Shown here: positions 1 to 9,523 of the stretch, piece by piece
How the letters are laid out: each line of letters opens with the position of its first letter
Position numbering within the stretch: the first letter of the stretch is position 1
From: Myxococcota bacterium
Lineage (GTDB): Bacteria > Myxococcota_A > UBA9042 > PHBI01 > JAWLBL01
Assembly: GCA_041687695.1 (NCBI GenBank)
Contig: JAWLBL010000013.1
Location: forward strand, 64,001-128,000
Reading direction: 5' to 3'
DNA length: 64,000 nt
Translations under genes and position numbers: made by a program
Notes under the pieces: model-generated
The model's database searches: none
What the model saw: only the letters and a program-made list of their open reading frames with translations
What the model was told of the DNA's origin: nothing

Positions 1-184
1 CGTCGGTGGGGACGAACTCGGCCGGGCAGCCCTCGAACAGCCCGGGGTCTCCGTAGATGACGAATTGGACGCGGGGTTCGGCGGGGCCGACCCGCGCGAT
101 GGCGGCCCGGAGGATCTCGGGTCCGATGCCCGTGGGATCCCCCATCGTCAGGCCTACGCGCCGCGGCGCCGATCCGTCACTCAC
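1..184 (-). CDS. pdxA: 4-hydroxythreonine-4-phosphate dehydrogenase PdxA, 5' part only (runs off window edge)
   Basis: Not in ORF track. Reverse strand from GTG at 184 (overlapping surA stop, GTGA) reads ...RVGLTMGDPTGIGPEIL..., the PdxA N-terminal signature; surA-pdxA adjacency is conserved. Confidence 0.85.
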   Translation of the reverse strand, partial: MSDGSAPRRVGLTMGDPTGIGPEILRAAIARVGPAEPRVQFVIYGDPGLFEGCPAEFVPTD

Positions 185-1395
185 TCGGGGCTCTCGGCGT
201 CCGTGCCCTCGGGCGCCTCCGACTCCGTGCCCTCGGGCGCCTCCGACTCCGTGCCCTCGGGCGCCTCCGACTCCGTGCCCTCGGGCGCCTCCGACTCCGT
301 GCCCTCGGGCGCCTCCGAATCCGGCGCGGGCGCAGCGTCCGCGGGGGCCGGCGTCGCCGCCGCGCCCTGGGCCGGCATCACCTTCACGAAGGCGCCGCCG
401 CGCAGCTCCTTGACCCACTGCTCGTAGAGCCGCTCGAGCTCGCGCTCGCGCAGCCGGTAGCGGATCTGGCGCAGGATGGTCTCGCGCTGCTCGGCGTCGA
501 CTTGTTCGGTGCGCGTGTCGATGAGCTTGATGAGGTGGAAGCCGAACTCGGTGCGCACGGGCGCCGAGACCTCGCCCTTGGCCAGGGCGTAGGCGGCGTC
601 CTCGAAGGCCGGGACGAGGTCGCCGCGCGAGAACCAGCCCAGGTCGCCGCCCGCCTGGGCGTTGTTGTCGGCGCTGTGGCGCCGCGCGAGGTCCTCGAAG
701 CTCTGCTGCCCCGAGACCGCCTGCTCGCGGATGGCCTCCATCTTGGCCTTGATGTCGGCCTCCTCGGCCGCCGACGCGAACTCGGGCACCCGGACGAGGA
801 TGTGGGCGGCCCGGCGCTCCTCGACCGCCTTGCCGGCGCCGAACTGCTCGGCGAAGACCCGCTCGACCTCGGCCTCGTCGATCTGGACGCGCGAGCCGAC
901 CCGGATGCCGATGGCCTGGTTCTTGAGCAGCTCCCGCTCGGCGTGGCGGCGGTAGTCGGCGAGCGACTCGAAGCCGAGGCGCTTGACGGCCTCCTCGAGC
1001 TCGGCGTCCGACCAGGCGTTCTGCTTCTTCACCCGCGCGAGCTGGGCGTCGACCTGCTCGGGTGCCACCTCGAGCTTGAGCTTTTTGGCCTCGTCCCGGA
1101 TGAGCAGGTCGTTGACCAGGTTGTCGAGGGCCTCGCGCTCGAGCTGCACGAGCTCGTGCTGCGTCAGACCGCCGGTCCGCATGGCCTGGGCGACGAAGGG
1201 AGCCAGGGCGCGCTCGAGCTCGAAGCTGGTCACCGGCTCGACGTTGACCACGGCGATGATGCGGTCGACGACCCGTCCGCCGGGGGGCGGCCAGGGCTCG
1301 GTGGTCTCGACGGCGTGGGCCACGGGCGCCGCGGTCAGGGCGGCGGCCGAAAGGGCCGCCAGCTTCAGCCAGCGGGGGGCCGAGCGAAAGGTCAT
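181..1395 (-). CDS. surA: SurA-like periplasmic chaperone / parvulin PPIase
   Basis: C-terminal part of the 1859-aa track ORF; real start ATG 1395 (ATGA overlap with upstream gene). Signal peptide, VDRIIAVVN SurA N-domain, AHILV...FEDLARRHS...GGDLGWF...FGFHLIKL rotamase motif. Confidence 0.88.
   Translation of the reverse strand: MTFRSAPRWLKLAALSAAALTAAPVAHAVETTEPWPPPGGRVVDRIIAVVNVEPVTSFELERALAPFVAQAMRTGGLTQHELVQLEREALDNLVNDLLIRDEAKKLKLEVAPEQVDAQLARVKKQNAWSDAELEEAVKRLGFESLADYRRHAERELLKNQAIGIRVGSRVQIDEAEVERVFAEQFGAGKAVEERRAAHILVRVPEFASAAEEADIKAKMEAIREQAVSGQQSFEDLARRHSADNNAQAGGDLGWFSRGDLVPAFEDAAYALAKGEVSAPVRTEFGFHLIKLIDTRTEQVDAEQRETILRQIRYRLRERELERLYEQWVKELRGGAFVKVMPAQGAAATPAPADAAPAPDSEAPEGTESEAPEGTESEAPEGTESEAPEGTESEAPEGTDAESPE
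200..318. repeat. 24-bp in-frame tandem repeat, ~5 copies (encodes SEAPEGTE in the SurA C-terminal tail)
   Basis: Unit tccgtgccctcgggcgcctccgac at 200, 224, 248, 272, 296; no spacers. Confidence 0.95.
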
Positions 1396-2708
1396 GGGGT
1401 CTCCTGGGTGGTCGCCGAGGGCGGCGCCGAGGGGGGCGGGGTTTCGGGAGCCGCCGAGCCGCTCGAGGTCGAGCCCGACCCGCCGCTCGAGGCCTTGCGA
1501 TCGCGCGCCATGAGGTCCTGCACCTCCTGGGGTGACAGGTTGGGCTTCTTGGCGTTGACGTCGAGCGGGATCTCTCGGCCGGCGTTGGACTTGCCGGGCG
1601 GCCGGGTCGTGACCAGGCCGCGCCGCAGACGCTCGTCGCTGAGGTGGGGGGTGCGCGGCGTGGCGCCGGCGGCGGGCTGGCCCGCGGCAGGGGCGGGGAG
1701 CGCGTCGAGGCGGTCGGCGAGGATCTCGACCTTGGTCTTCGCCATCAGCGCGTCGATGTAATCCTGCCGCACCTGCGCCTGCTTCTCGCGAAACAGGGCG
1801 TTCTGGATGTCCAGCCGGGCCTCCTGGAGGGTCCGCGTCGTGGCGGGCCGCACCTGGGTGACCTGGACGACCGCGAAGCGACCGTCGCCCAGCGGGAACG
1901 GCGCCGAGACGTCCCCGACCCCGTCGACCGCGAAGGCCTGCTTGACCACCGACCCCGGCACGCCCTCGGGCGGCGCCCCTTCGGCCGTGAGCCAGCCGAT
2001 GTCGCCCTTTCGGGCGGCCGTGGCCTCGTCCTTGGAGCGCACGCGGACGAAGTCGCCGAAGATCTGGCGCGCCTCCTTGGGCGTGGCCTCGATGGTCTTG
2101 GCGAGCACCGCGTGGACCTCGGCGGCCTCGTCCGCCGTCGGCAGCACCAGCACGGCGGCCCGGCGGCGCTCGGGCTGCACGAAGTCGTCGCGCTTGTCTT
2201 CGTACCACGCCGCGATCTCGGCCTCGGTGATGTCGGCCATGGTCGGCCCGGACCTCACCACGTCCTCGAGCAGCGCGCGGGCGAGCGCGTCCTTCCAGGC
2301 CTCCTGGACCCTGGGCTGCTGGTCGAGCCCCTGGCGCTTGGCCTCGGCCGCTATGACCTCGAACTGGACCATCGCCCGCAGCAGCTCCTCTCGGTTCGCC
2401 TGCGACGCGTAGCGCGCCTGCATGTGGGGCGGCTGCTGGCGAATGCGCGCCGCGACGTCGGCCAGCGTGATGCGGTGCTCGCCGAAGCGCGCCACCTCGA
2501 CGTTGGCGATCTCGGGCGGGAGATCCGTCGCCGCGGCGCTGGCCGCCACGGCCGCCTGGCCGTCGGTCACGGCCTTCCGGGCCTGCTCGGCCCGCTCGGC
2601 GGCCTCGGCGCGGCGCGCGGTGACCACGTCGGCCTTGTCCGGCTTGCATCCAGCGACCAGCCCGAGCAGGGCGAGGGCGCTCAGGCCCGTCCCGATGGCA
2701 ATCCTCAT
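1392..2708 (-). CDS. PpiC-type peptidyl-prolyl isomerase lipoprotein (foldase, PrsA-like)
   Basis: Lipobox LVAGC, SurA-like helical N-domain, RSKDEATAARKGDIGWL parvulin-like motif; lies between mfd and surA. Confidence 0.8.
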   Translation of the reverse strand: MRIAIGTGLSALALLGLVAGCKPDKADVVTARRAEAAERAEQARKAVTDGQAAVAASAAATDLPPEIANVEVARFGEHRITLADVAARIRQQPPHMQARYASQANREELLRAMVQFEVIAAEAKRQGLDQQPRVQEAWKDALARALLEDVVRSGPTMADITEAEIAAWYEDKRDDFVQPERRRAAVLVLPTADEAAEVHAVLAKTIEATPKEARQIFGDFVRVRSKDEATAARKGDIGWLTAEGAPPEGVPGSVVKQAFAVDGVGDVSAPFPLGDGRFAVVQVTQVRPATTRTLQEARLDIQNALFREKQAQVRQDYIDALMAKTKVEILADRLDALPAPAAGQPAAGATPRTPHLSDERLRRGLVTTRPPGKSNAGREIPLDVNAKKPNLSPQEVQDLMARDRKASSGGSGSTSSGSAAPETPPPSAPPSATTQETP

Positions 2709-2729
2709 GCTTGGCTCTGCTCCCGGCCC

Positions 2730-5700
2730 TCAGGCCTGCGGTCGATGATGGGGCGGCGCGCCGGGCGGCGCCTTGTCGGAGGGCCGGGCCCGGGCAAGGA
2801 ACGCGCGCAGGTCCCGCAGGATTTCCCGCAGCGGCTCGAGACCACGCGCCCACTCGCCCTGCGAGACGGATCGGATCATCTGTCCCTCGGGGGTCAGGCG
2901 CAGGCGTCCGCCGGCGCCGTTCACGAGGCGCGTCAACAGATCCGGCGTCCACACGCCGTGCTCGGCGACCCCGAAGCTCATGCGTGCGCTGGAGTATCCG
3001 ACGGAGCTGAGGCCGAGCTCGCGGGCCTCGATCTTCACGGCCATCAGCTCGACCAGGTTCGCGACCGGCTGGGGCGCCTTGCCATAGCGGTCGATGGCAT
3101 CGTGGTACACGGCGAACAGCTCGTCCACGTTCTTCGCGCCGGCCAGCTGCTTGTACAGCCGCAGCCTCAGGGTCGTGTCGGGCAGCCAGCGCTCGGGGAT
3201 GCGGCCCTCGACCGAGACCTTCAGCTCGGGATCCGGCAGCTCGCGGCGGGGCGCCGCCTCGTCGGCCCCGCCGGACAGGCCCTCTTCCCTGAGGTCTTCG
3301 ATGGCCTGCTGCAGCAGCTCGATGTAGGCGTCGTAGCCGACCGCCTCGATCTGCCCGCTCTGGTCCGCGCCCAGGAGGTCGCCGGAGCCGCGGATGTCCA
3401 GGTCGTACGAGGCGATCTGGAAGCCGCTGCCCAGCTCGGTGAAGCGCTGGATGGCCGCGATGCGCTGCTGCGCGTCGCCGCTGAGGTTCTGCGGGGCCGG
3501 GATGAGCAGGTAGCAGTAGGCGCGCTCGCTGGAGCGCCCGACCCGGCCGCGCAGCTGATAGAGCTGCGCGAGGCCGAACCGGTCGGCGCGGTTGATGATC
3601 ATCGTGTTGGCGTTGGGGATGTCGATGCCGCTCTCGATGATGGTCGTGCACACGAGCACGTTCGCCTCGCCGCGCATGAAGCGCATCATCACCTCTTCGA
3701 GGCGCGTGCGGTCCATCTGGCCATGGCCGACGATGACGCGCGCGCCGGGGACGAGGCGCCCGATGAGCTCGGCGTGCTTGTCGATGTCCTCGACGCGGTT
3801 GTGGACGTAGTAGACCTGCCCGCCGCGCTTGAGCTCGCCCTCGATCGCCTCGGCGACGATCTCCTCGTTGGGCTGCGCCACCATGGTGCGGATCGCCAGG
3901 CGGTCGGCCGGCGGCGTCTGGATGAGGGAGATGTCGCGCAGACCCGACAGCGCCAGGTTGAGCGTGCGCGGGATGGGCGTCGCGGTCAGCGTCAGCACGT
4001 CCACGTTGGCGCGCACCTCCTTCAGACGCTCCTTGTGCGACACGCCGAAGCGGTGCTCCTCGTCGACGACCAGCAGGCCGAGGTCGCGGAAGACGACGTC
4101 CTTGGACAGCAGCCGGTGGGTGCCGATGAGGATGTCCACGTCGCCGCGCTTGACGCGATCGAGGACCTCCTTGGACTCCTTGCTCGAGCGCGAGCTGCTG
4201 AGGACCTCGATGTTGACGGGCAGGCCGTCGAAGCGCCGGACGAAGCTGAGGCGGTGCTGCTCGGCCAGCACCACGGTCGGCACCAGGAGCGCCACCTGCT
4301 TGCCGTCGAGGACGGCCTTGGCGGCCGCGCGCATCGCCACCTCGGTCTTGCCGAAGCCGACGTCGCCGCACACGAGGCGGTCCATCGGCCGGGCGCGCTG
4401 CATGTCCTCGAGCACCTCCTCGATGGCCTTGTGCTGGTCCGGCGTCTCGTCGTACGGGAACGCCGCCTCGAAGCGCGAGAAGTACTCGCCGGGCGGCGAG
4501 AAGGCGTACCCCTGGCGGAGCTCTCGCTCGGCGTAGATCTTGAGCAGCTGCTTGGCGATGTCGCGGACGGCCTTCTTGACGCGCGACTTGGTCCGCTGCC
4601 ACCCCGTGCCGCCGAGCTTGTCGAGCGGCGGCGCGCCCGAGTCGCCGGGCGTGTGCCGCGAGACGAGGTGCAGCTTGTCGACCGGGACGAAGAGCTTGTT
4701 GTGGCCCGAGTACTCGATGACCAGGAAGTCGGTCTCGATGTTGCCGACCGCCGTCTTGGTCAGGCCCACGTACCGCCCGATGCCGTGCATCAGGTGGACC
4801 ACGTAGTCGCCTTCCTTGAGGTCGCGCCAGCTGGCCAGCGCCGCCTCGGAGGGCGCGCCGCGTCGCACGGCGCGGCGGCGGGCCTTCTTGCCCAGGATCT
4901 CGGTCTCGTCGAGGATCACCAGGCCCAGGTCGGGCGACCGGAAGCCCTGCCCCGGGTCGCCGACGAAGAGGTCCACCTCGGCGTCCGAGGCGCGTAGCGC
5001 CGTCACCAGCCCCAGGTGGAAGTCGCCCTGGTGGCGCGCGACCTTCAGCCCGTAGTGGCCCAGCAGCCCCTTGATGCGCTCGGCCCCGCCCTCGGTGTGC
5101 GAGCACACGACCACCGGCCAGCCCTGCTCGCGCCACTCGCGCACGCGCCGGGTCAGGGGGGCCAGCACCTGGTCCTCGCCCGCGCGCGTCGCGGCCTCGA
5201 TCTCTCGCCGGACGTCGGCGTTGTCGACCACGTCCCAGCGCACCGCCTCGGCGCCGTCGCCCACCATCTCGAACGGCAGCAGGCGCCCGGCGACGACCCG
5301 ATCGAGCCGGGCCAGCGCCTCGTCGGCCTCGAGGTACAGCGCCTCGGCGCGGTAGGCCAGGTCGGCGCCGCCGGCCCGCGCGCGCTCGGCCCGCTTGGCG
5401 ACGTCCTCCCAGCGCTCCGTCAGGATGGCGCGGCAGCGGTCGGGGTCCTCGACGAACCACAGCGCGTCGCGCGGCGCGAGGTCGAACAGGGTCTCGAGCT
5501 GGTCGTAGAAGGCGGGGAGCAGCTCCTCCATCCCCACGCCGAGGATGCCGTTCTGGATGTCCTCGGCGACCGCGCGCGCGCGCGAGGTGGGGATGTGCAG
5601 CTCGTCGGCGAGGTCGTGGATGGCGTTGCGGGCGCGCCGCATCGACGCGTCCGTGAAGAGGATGTCGCGCGCCGGCCCGACGACGATCTCGGAGACCGGG

Positions 5701-6374
5701 TCGGTGGTCTGCTGCGTGGCCGGGTCGAAGAAGCGGAGGCTGTCGACCTCGTCGCCCCACAGATCGATGCGGACGGGCAGGTCGTACAGCGGCGTGTAGA
5801 CGTCCACGATGCCGCCGCGGACGGCGAAGCTGCCCGGGTCTTCGACGGCCGGGACGCCGTGGTAGCCGGCGCCGGCCAAGAACGAGAGCAGCCCGTCGCG
5901 GTCGAGCGTGTCGCCGACCGAGACGATCCAGGCGCTGTCGGTCAGGGCCGAGCGCGGCATCACGCGGTCGAGCAGCGCGCGGGCCGGGATGACCAGGGCG
6001 GCGACGTCCAGGCCGTTGACCACGCGGAAGAGGCTGGCGACGCGATCCATGACGTGGACGCGCGAGGGGCTCATCCCGGAAAAGGGCGTGTGGTCCAGGC
6101 CGCGGAACAGGACCACCGGGTCGAGCTGGCCCTGGGGCGGCTCGAAGAAGTCGAGGCCGGCGCGCAGCTCGGCGGCGCGGTCGTCGTCGGGCGTCACCAC
6201 CACCAGCGGGCGCGGGCGCTTGTCACGGAGGGCCGCCAGGACGAAGCCCGCGAAGCCGCCGCTGGCCCCGACGACGTCCGCCGGGCGGCCGGCGTCGATG
6301 GCCTGGACCAGCTGCTCGAGGCGGCGTGAGGTCGGCGCGACCGGGACTCGGTCGTTCGTGTGCGGGCCGGACAA
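2730..6374 (-). CDS. mfd: Transcription-repair coupling factor
   Basis: VRGGIVDV UvrB-homology, GDYVVHLMHGIGRY CarD/RID, CGDVGFGKTEVA, VVDEEHRFG, TATPIPRTL, QLRGRVGRS, TRCF C-domain; TTG at 6374 chosen because AAGGAG SD lies 7 nt upstream (track start 6434). Confidence 0.97.
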   Translation of the reverse strand: MSGPHTNDRVPVAPTSRRLEQLVQAIDAGRPADVVGASGGFAGFVLAALRDKRPRPLVVVTPDDDRAAELRAGLDFFEPPQGQLDPVVLFRGLDHTPFSGMSPSRVHVMDRVASLFRVVNGLDVAALVIPARALLDRVMPRSALTDSAWIVSVGDTLDRDGLLSFLAGAGYHGVPAVEDPGSFAVRGGIVDVYTPLYDLPVRIDLWGDEVDSLRFFDPATQQTTDPVSEIVVGPARDILFTDASMRRARNAIHDLADELHIPTSRARAVAEDIQNGILGVGMEELLPAFYDQLETLFDLAPRDALWFVEDPDRCRAILTERWEDVAKRAERARAGGADLAYRAEALYLEADEALARLDRVVAGRLLPFEMVGDGAEAVRWDVVDNADVRREIEAATRAGEDQVLAPLTRRVREWREQGWPVVVCSHTEGGAERIKGLLGHYGLKVARHQGDFHLGLVTALRASDAEVDLFVGDPGQGFRSPDLGLVILDETEILGKKARRRAVRRGAPSEAALASWRDLKEGDYVVHLMHGIGRYVGLTKTAVGNIETDFLVIEYSGHNKLFVPVDKLHLVSRHTPGDSGAPPLDKLGGTGWQRTKSRVKKAVRDIAKQLLKIYAERELRQGYAFSPPGEYFSRFEAAFPYDETPDQHKAIEEVLEDMQRARPMDRLVCGDVGFGKTEVAMRAAAKAVLDGKQVALLVPTVVLAEQHRLSFVRRFDGLPVNIEVLSSSRSSKESKEVLDRVKRGDVDILIGTHRLLSKDVVFRDLGLLVVDEEHRFGVSHKERLKEVRANVDVLTLTATPIPRTLNLALSGLRDISLIQTPPADRLAIRTMVAQPNEEIVAEAIEGELKRGGQVYYVHNRVEDIDKHAELIGRLVPGARVIVGHGQMDRTRLEEVMMRFMRGEANVLVCTTIIESGIDIPNANTMIINRADRFGLAQLYQLRGRVGRSSERAYCYLLIPAPQNLSGDAQQRIAAIQRFTELGSGFQIASYDLDIRGSGDLLGADQSGQIEAVGYDAYIELLQQAIEDLREEGLSGGADEAAPRRELPDPELKVSVEGRIPERWLPDTTLRLRLYKQLAGAKNVDELFAVYHDAIDRYGKAPQPVANLVELMAVKIEARELGLSSVGYSSARMSFGVAEHGVWTPDLLTRLVNGAGGRLRLTPEGQMIRSVSQGEWARGLEPLREILRDLRAFLARARPSDKAPPGAPPHHRPQA

Positions 6375-6523
6375 CGGAGGCTCCTTCGGGGCGCGAGGTC
6401 CACCGGATGAATGGGGGGCGCGCAACCTAGTCACATCCGTTCAGTCATTCAAGGCCCTGGTCGGCAGAAAGTGCGCGGCGCCCGCCCGGTGAGCCTCGTT
6501 CCACGCGCCTCACTCGGTGCGCC

Positions 6524-7975
6524 TCACTCAGTACGATAGTCGACCTGCTCGACCGACTTCACCCGCGCCCACGTCCGCAGCGGCTCGGCGAGGTCCTTGG
6601 CGGTGGCGACCACGACGACGACCACCTGGTCGGGCGTCAGGTGGCGGCGGATCGCGGCGTTGACCTGCTCGGGCGTGACGGCGTCGACCAGCGCACGGAA
6701 GCGCTCGACCCAGTCCGCCGGGCGACCTTGCAGGTGGGCGCCCAGCAGCTCGTTCAGGCGCTTGTCCGCCGTGTCGATGGCGAAGGCGTGGCCGTTGACG
6801 AGGTAGCTCTTGGCGAAGGCGACCTCGTCGGCCGTGACGCCGTCCTTCACCAGCGCGGCGAACAGCTCGTCGGCGAGCTGGATGGCCGGCAGGGTGTCCC
6901 CGATGGCGGGGTAGAAGCGGATGGTGAAGGTCCCGAGGTGGCGGTCGGTGCTGAGGTAGCTGTAGGCGCCGTAGGACCAGCCGCGCTTTTCGCGGATCTC
7001 GTGGCTGAGCTTGGCCGTGAAGGTGCCGCCGAACAGGGTGTGGGCGACCAGGAGCGGCACGAAGTCGGGGTGGTTGGCGTCCAGGGTCGGGTGGCCGATG
7101 TAGACCTGCGTCTGGCTGCGCTCGGGCTTGTCGACGATGAGGGCGCCGTAGGCCGCCGGGGGCGTCGCCGGCGGGACCGGCATCGCGCTGGCCGGGGCGT
7201 CGGGCAGGCGGGCCGCGGTGCGCTCGAGGAAGGTGGCCACGCGCGCGCGGTCGGCGTCACCCGAGACGCCGAGCACCGCGCCGCCCCGCTTGAAGTGGGC
7301 GCGGTAGAAGTCGACGACGTCCTGGCGGGAGATGGCGGCGATGGTCTTCGAGGTGCCCTTGAGCGGGCGGCCGTAGGGGTGGCCGGCGAAGAGGCGCTTG
7401 ACGAAGAAGCGCTGGCCGAGGGCCGAGTCGTTGTCCTGGACCTGCGCCAGCTCGGCCAGGGTCTGCCGCTTGAGCTTGTCCAGCTCGTCCAGAGGGAAGG
7501 TCGGCTCGGCCAGGACCGTGCCGAGCAGCGCCTCGAAGGCGTCGAGGTTGCGCGTGAGCGCGTCGCCCGTCAGCGTCGTGGTGTCGCGGCCGGTCGACAC
7601 GGACAGGTGCGAGCCCAGGAAGTCGAGCTCGTCGGCGATGGTCTCCTGCGTGAGCTGGCCGGCGCCGCGCGTCAGCATCTGCCCCGTCAGGTAGGCCAGC
7701 CCCTCCTTGCCCGGCGGGTCGAGCAGCGAGCCGACCCGCAGCGTCAGCGACCAGGTCGAGATGGGCCGCGTCGGGTCGGGGACGTGGATGACGTCCACGC
7801 CGCCGAGGGTGTCGACGCTGGAGGGGCGGCTCTCGGTAGGCTGCGTCACGGTCGGGGACTCCGGGGACGGGCGCTTGGGGGGCGCGGCGAGGGGGGCGCG
7901 CGCGGCGAAGGCCAGGAAGGCGCAGCCGACCGTGGCGATCTCCATCAGGCGCGTGGTGGATGGCCAGGACAGCAT
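6524..7975 (-). CDS. M16 family peptidase, non-catalytic (HXXEH-less) subunit
   Basis: GSLLDPPGKEGLAYLTGQML (degenerate metal site), HPYGRP, IREKRGWSYGAYS; start ATG 7975 or 7945. Confidence 0.88.
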   Translation of the reverse strand: MLSWPSTTRLMEIATVGCAFLAFAARAPLAAPPKRPSPESPTVTQPTESRPSSVDTLGGVDVIHVPDPTRPISTWSLTLRVGSLLDPPGKEGLAYLTGQMLTRGAGQLTQETIADELDFLGSHLSVSTGRDTTTLTGDALTRNLDAFEALLGTVLAEPTFPLDELDKLKRQTLAELAQVQDNDSALGQRFFVKRLFAGHPYGRPLKGTSKTIAAISRQDVVDFYRAHFKRGGAVLGVSGDADRARVATFLERTAARLPDAPASAMPVPPATPPAAYGALIVDKPERSQTQVYIGHPTLDANHPDFVPLLVAHTLFGGTFTAKLSHEIREKRGWSYGAYSYLSTDRHLGTFTIRFYPAIGDTLPAIQLADELFAALVKDGVTADEVAFAKSYLVNGHAFAIDTADKRLNELLGAHLQGRPADWVERFRALVDAVTPEQVNAAIRRHLTPDQVVVVVVATAKDLAEPLRTWARVKSVEQVDYRTE

Positions 7976-7985
7976 CGGGTTCGGC

Positions 7986-9446
7986 TCAGTCGGCCAGCGC
8001 GTCGGGGGCGTCCGGCGTCTCCCCGTCCTCGGCGGCCTCGGGTTGCGGACGGGCGGCGAGCACGGTCCGGTTCTCGCGCCGCAGCACCTTGCGGGCGACC
8101 GCCAGCACGTCGTCGGCCGTGACCTTCCGCAGGGCCTCCATCTCGGCGATGAAGCGCTTGTAGTCGCCCGCCGTGGTCTCGGCGTCGCCCAGAGCGCGGG
8201 CGCGGCTTCCGACGTCGGCCAGGCTGCGCAGGAAGCTCGCCTCGAGGCCGTTCTTGGCCTTGTCGAGCTCACGCGCGGTGACCGGCTCGCGGGTGACCCG
8301 CTCGAGCGCCTCGTCCATGGCGCGCTCGGCGTCGGCCAGCGCCTTGCCCGGCTGCATCGTCACGCCGATCTCGTACAGCCCCGGCATCGCCCAGCTCGGT
8401 GCGTAGCCGCCGACGTCGCTGGCCAGCTCGAGGTCGGTCACCAGCAGCTTGTGCAGGCGCGCCGACTCGCCGCCGACCAGGATCTCGTTGAGCACCACCA
8501 GCGGCGCATGGCCCGGGTCCGTGATGGCCGGCGCGTGCCACGCGTAGATGCCCTTCTCGGCGGCGATGGCCAGCTCGAGCACCTTGCGCTTTTCGGCCTT
8601 CTGCGGCGGCTCGACCTTCACGTCCTCGGCCGGGACCGGCTGCGCCTGCAGGTGGCCGTAGTACTTCTGGATCGTCCGCAGCGCCTCGGGGCCGTCGACG
8701 TCGCCCACCAGCACCACCGTCGCGTTGTTCGGCGCGTAGTACAGGCGATAGAACTCGAGGCAGTCCTCGAGGGTGATGGCCTCGATGTCCTTCATCCAGC
8801 CGATGGTCGGCCACCCGTAGGTGTGGACGTCGTAGGCCAGGGCGTACAGCTCCTCGTACATGCGGCCGTCGGGGTCGTTGTCGACCCGCAGCAGCCGCTC
8901 GTTCTTGACCACCTCGCGCTCGCTCTCGAGCTGCTGGGCGTTCAGGATCATGTGCTCCATGCGGTCAGCCTCGAGGCTCGCCACGAGGTCCAGGTTCCCG
9001 GCCGGGAGCTTCTCCTTGTAATAGGTCCAGTCGACCCAGGTCGCCGCGTTGGTCTGGGCGCCGTGCTTCTCCATGACCTGGTCGAACTCGCCGTCCGCCA
9101 TGTTCTTGGTGGCCTTGAACATGAGGTGCTCGAACAGGTGGGCGATGCCGGTGCGGCCCTCCTTCTCGTGGCGCGACCCGACCCGGAACCACGTGTGGTA
9201 CGAGAACACGGGCGCGGCGTGGTCCTCCCACAGGATGACCGTCAGGCCGTTGCCCATGCGGAACTTGTCGATGTGGGCCGGCCCGAGGGTGAGCCGGTCG
9301 ACCCGCTCGAGGCGCGCGGTGGGCGCCTGGTCCCGGTTCAGCTCGACCAGCGTGGCGTCGTCGACGCCCAGGGCCGTGCTCGTCACCGTCATCGTCGTCA
9401 TGAGGATCCCCAAAAGGCCGGTCGCTCGGGTCCGCGTCCACCACAT
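7986..9446 (-). CDS. M16 family zinc peptidase (insulinase), catalytic subunit
   Basis: GIAHLFEHLMFK (HXXEH), NAATWVDWTYY, EREVVKNER, YYAPNNATVVLVGD. Confidence 0.93.
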   Translation of the reverse strand: MWWTRTRATGLLGILMTTMTVTSTALGVDDATLVELNRDQAPTARLERVDRLTLGPAHIDKFRMGNGLTVILWEDHAAPVFSYHTWFRVGSRHEKEGRTGIAHLFEHLMFKATKNMADGEFDQVMEKHGAQTNAATWVDWTYYKEKLPAGNLDLVASLEADRMEHMILNAQQLESEREVVKNERLLRVDNDPDGRMYEELYALAYDVHTYGWPTIGWMKDIEAITLEDCLEFYRLYYAPNNATVVLVGDVDGPEALRTIQKYYGHLQAQPVPAEDVKVEPPQKAEKRKVLELAIAAEKGIYAWHAPAITDPGHAPLVVLNEILVGGESARLHKLLVTDLELASDVGGYAPSWAMPGLYEIGVTMQPGKALADAERAMDEALERVTREPVTARELDKAKNGLEASFLRSLADVGSRARALGDAETTAGDYKRFIAEMEALRKVTADDVLAVARKVLRRENRTVLAARPQPEAAEDGETPDAPDALAD

Positions 9447-9455
9447 GAGGCAGGG

Positions 9456-9484
9456 ACGCTAATGGACCTCGGGCGGGGCGGCAA
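9456..9484 (-). promoter_or_regulatory. Candidate sigma70 promoter for the M16 pair
   Basis: TTGCCG-17 bp-TAGCGT on the minus strand. Confidence 0.45.
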
Positions 9485-9523
9485 GCCCGGGGTGCGCGCG
9501 CTGCAGGAGCCGTGGGGGCCGCG

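Noticed and set aside
200..318. 24-bp repeats as a CRISPR array
   Set aside because: Head-to-tail with no spacers, in frame within a CDS, no cas genes
1644..4997. 1117-aa plus-strand ORF and similar long antisense/off-frame ORFs (e.g. 27272..29851, 32652..35771, 51842..55138, 60981..63332)
   Set aside because: They overlap well-supported genes, carry no recognisable motifs and arise from stop-codon scarcity at high GC
1396..5760. 1859-aa ORF 181..5760 as one giant protein
   Set aside because: Only the last 404 aa are SurA-like; the rest is an Arg/Pro/Gly-rich off-frame shadow of mfd and the PPIase gene, typical of high-GC DNA
6524..7975. M16 gene lacking HXXEH as a pseudogene
   Set aside because: Intact frame; active plus inactive subunit pairs are the normal M16B heterodimer arrangement
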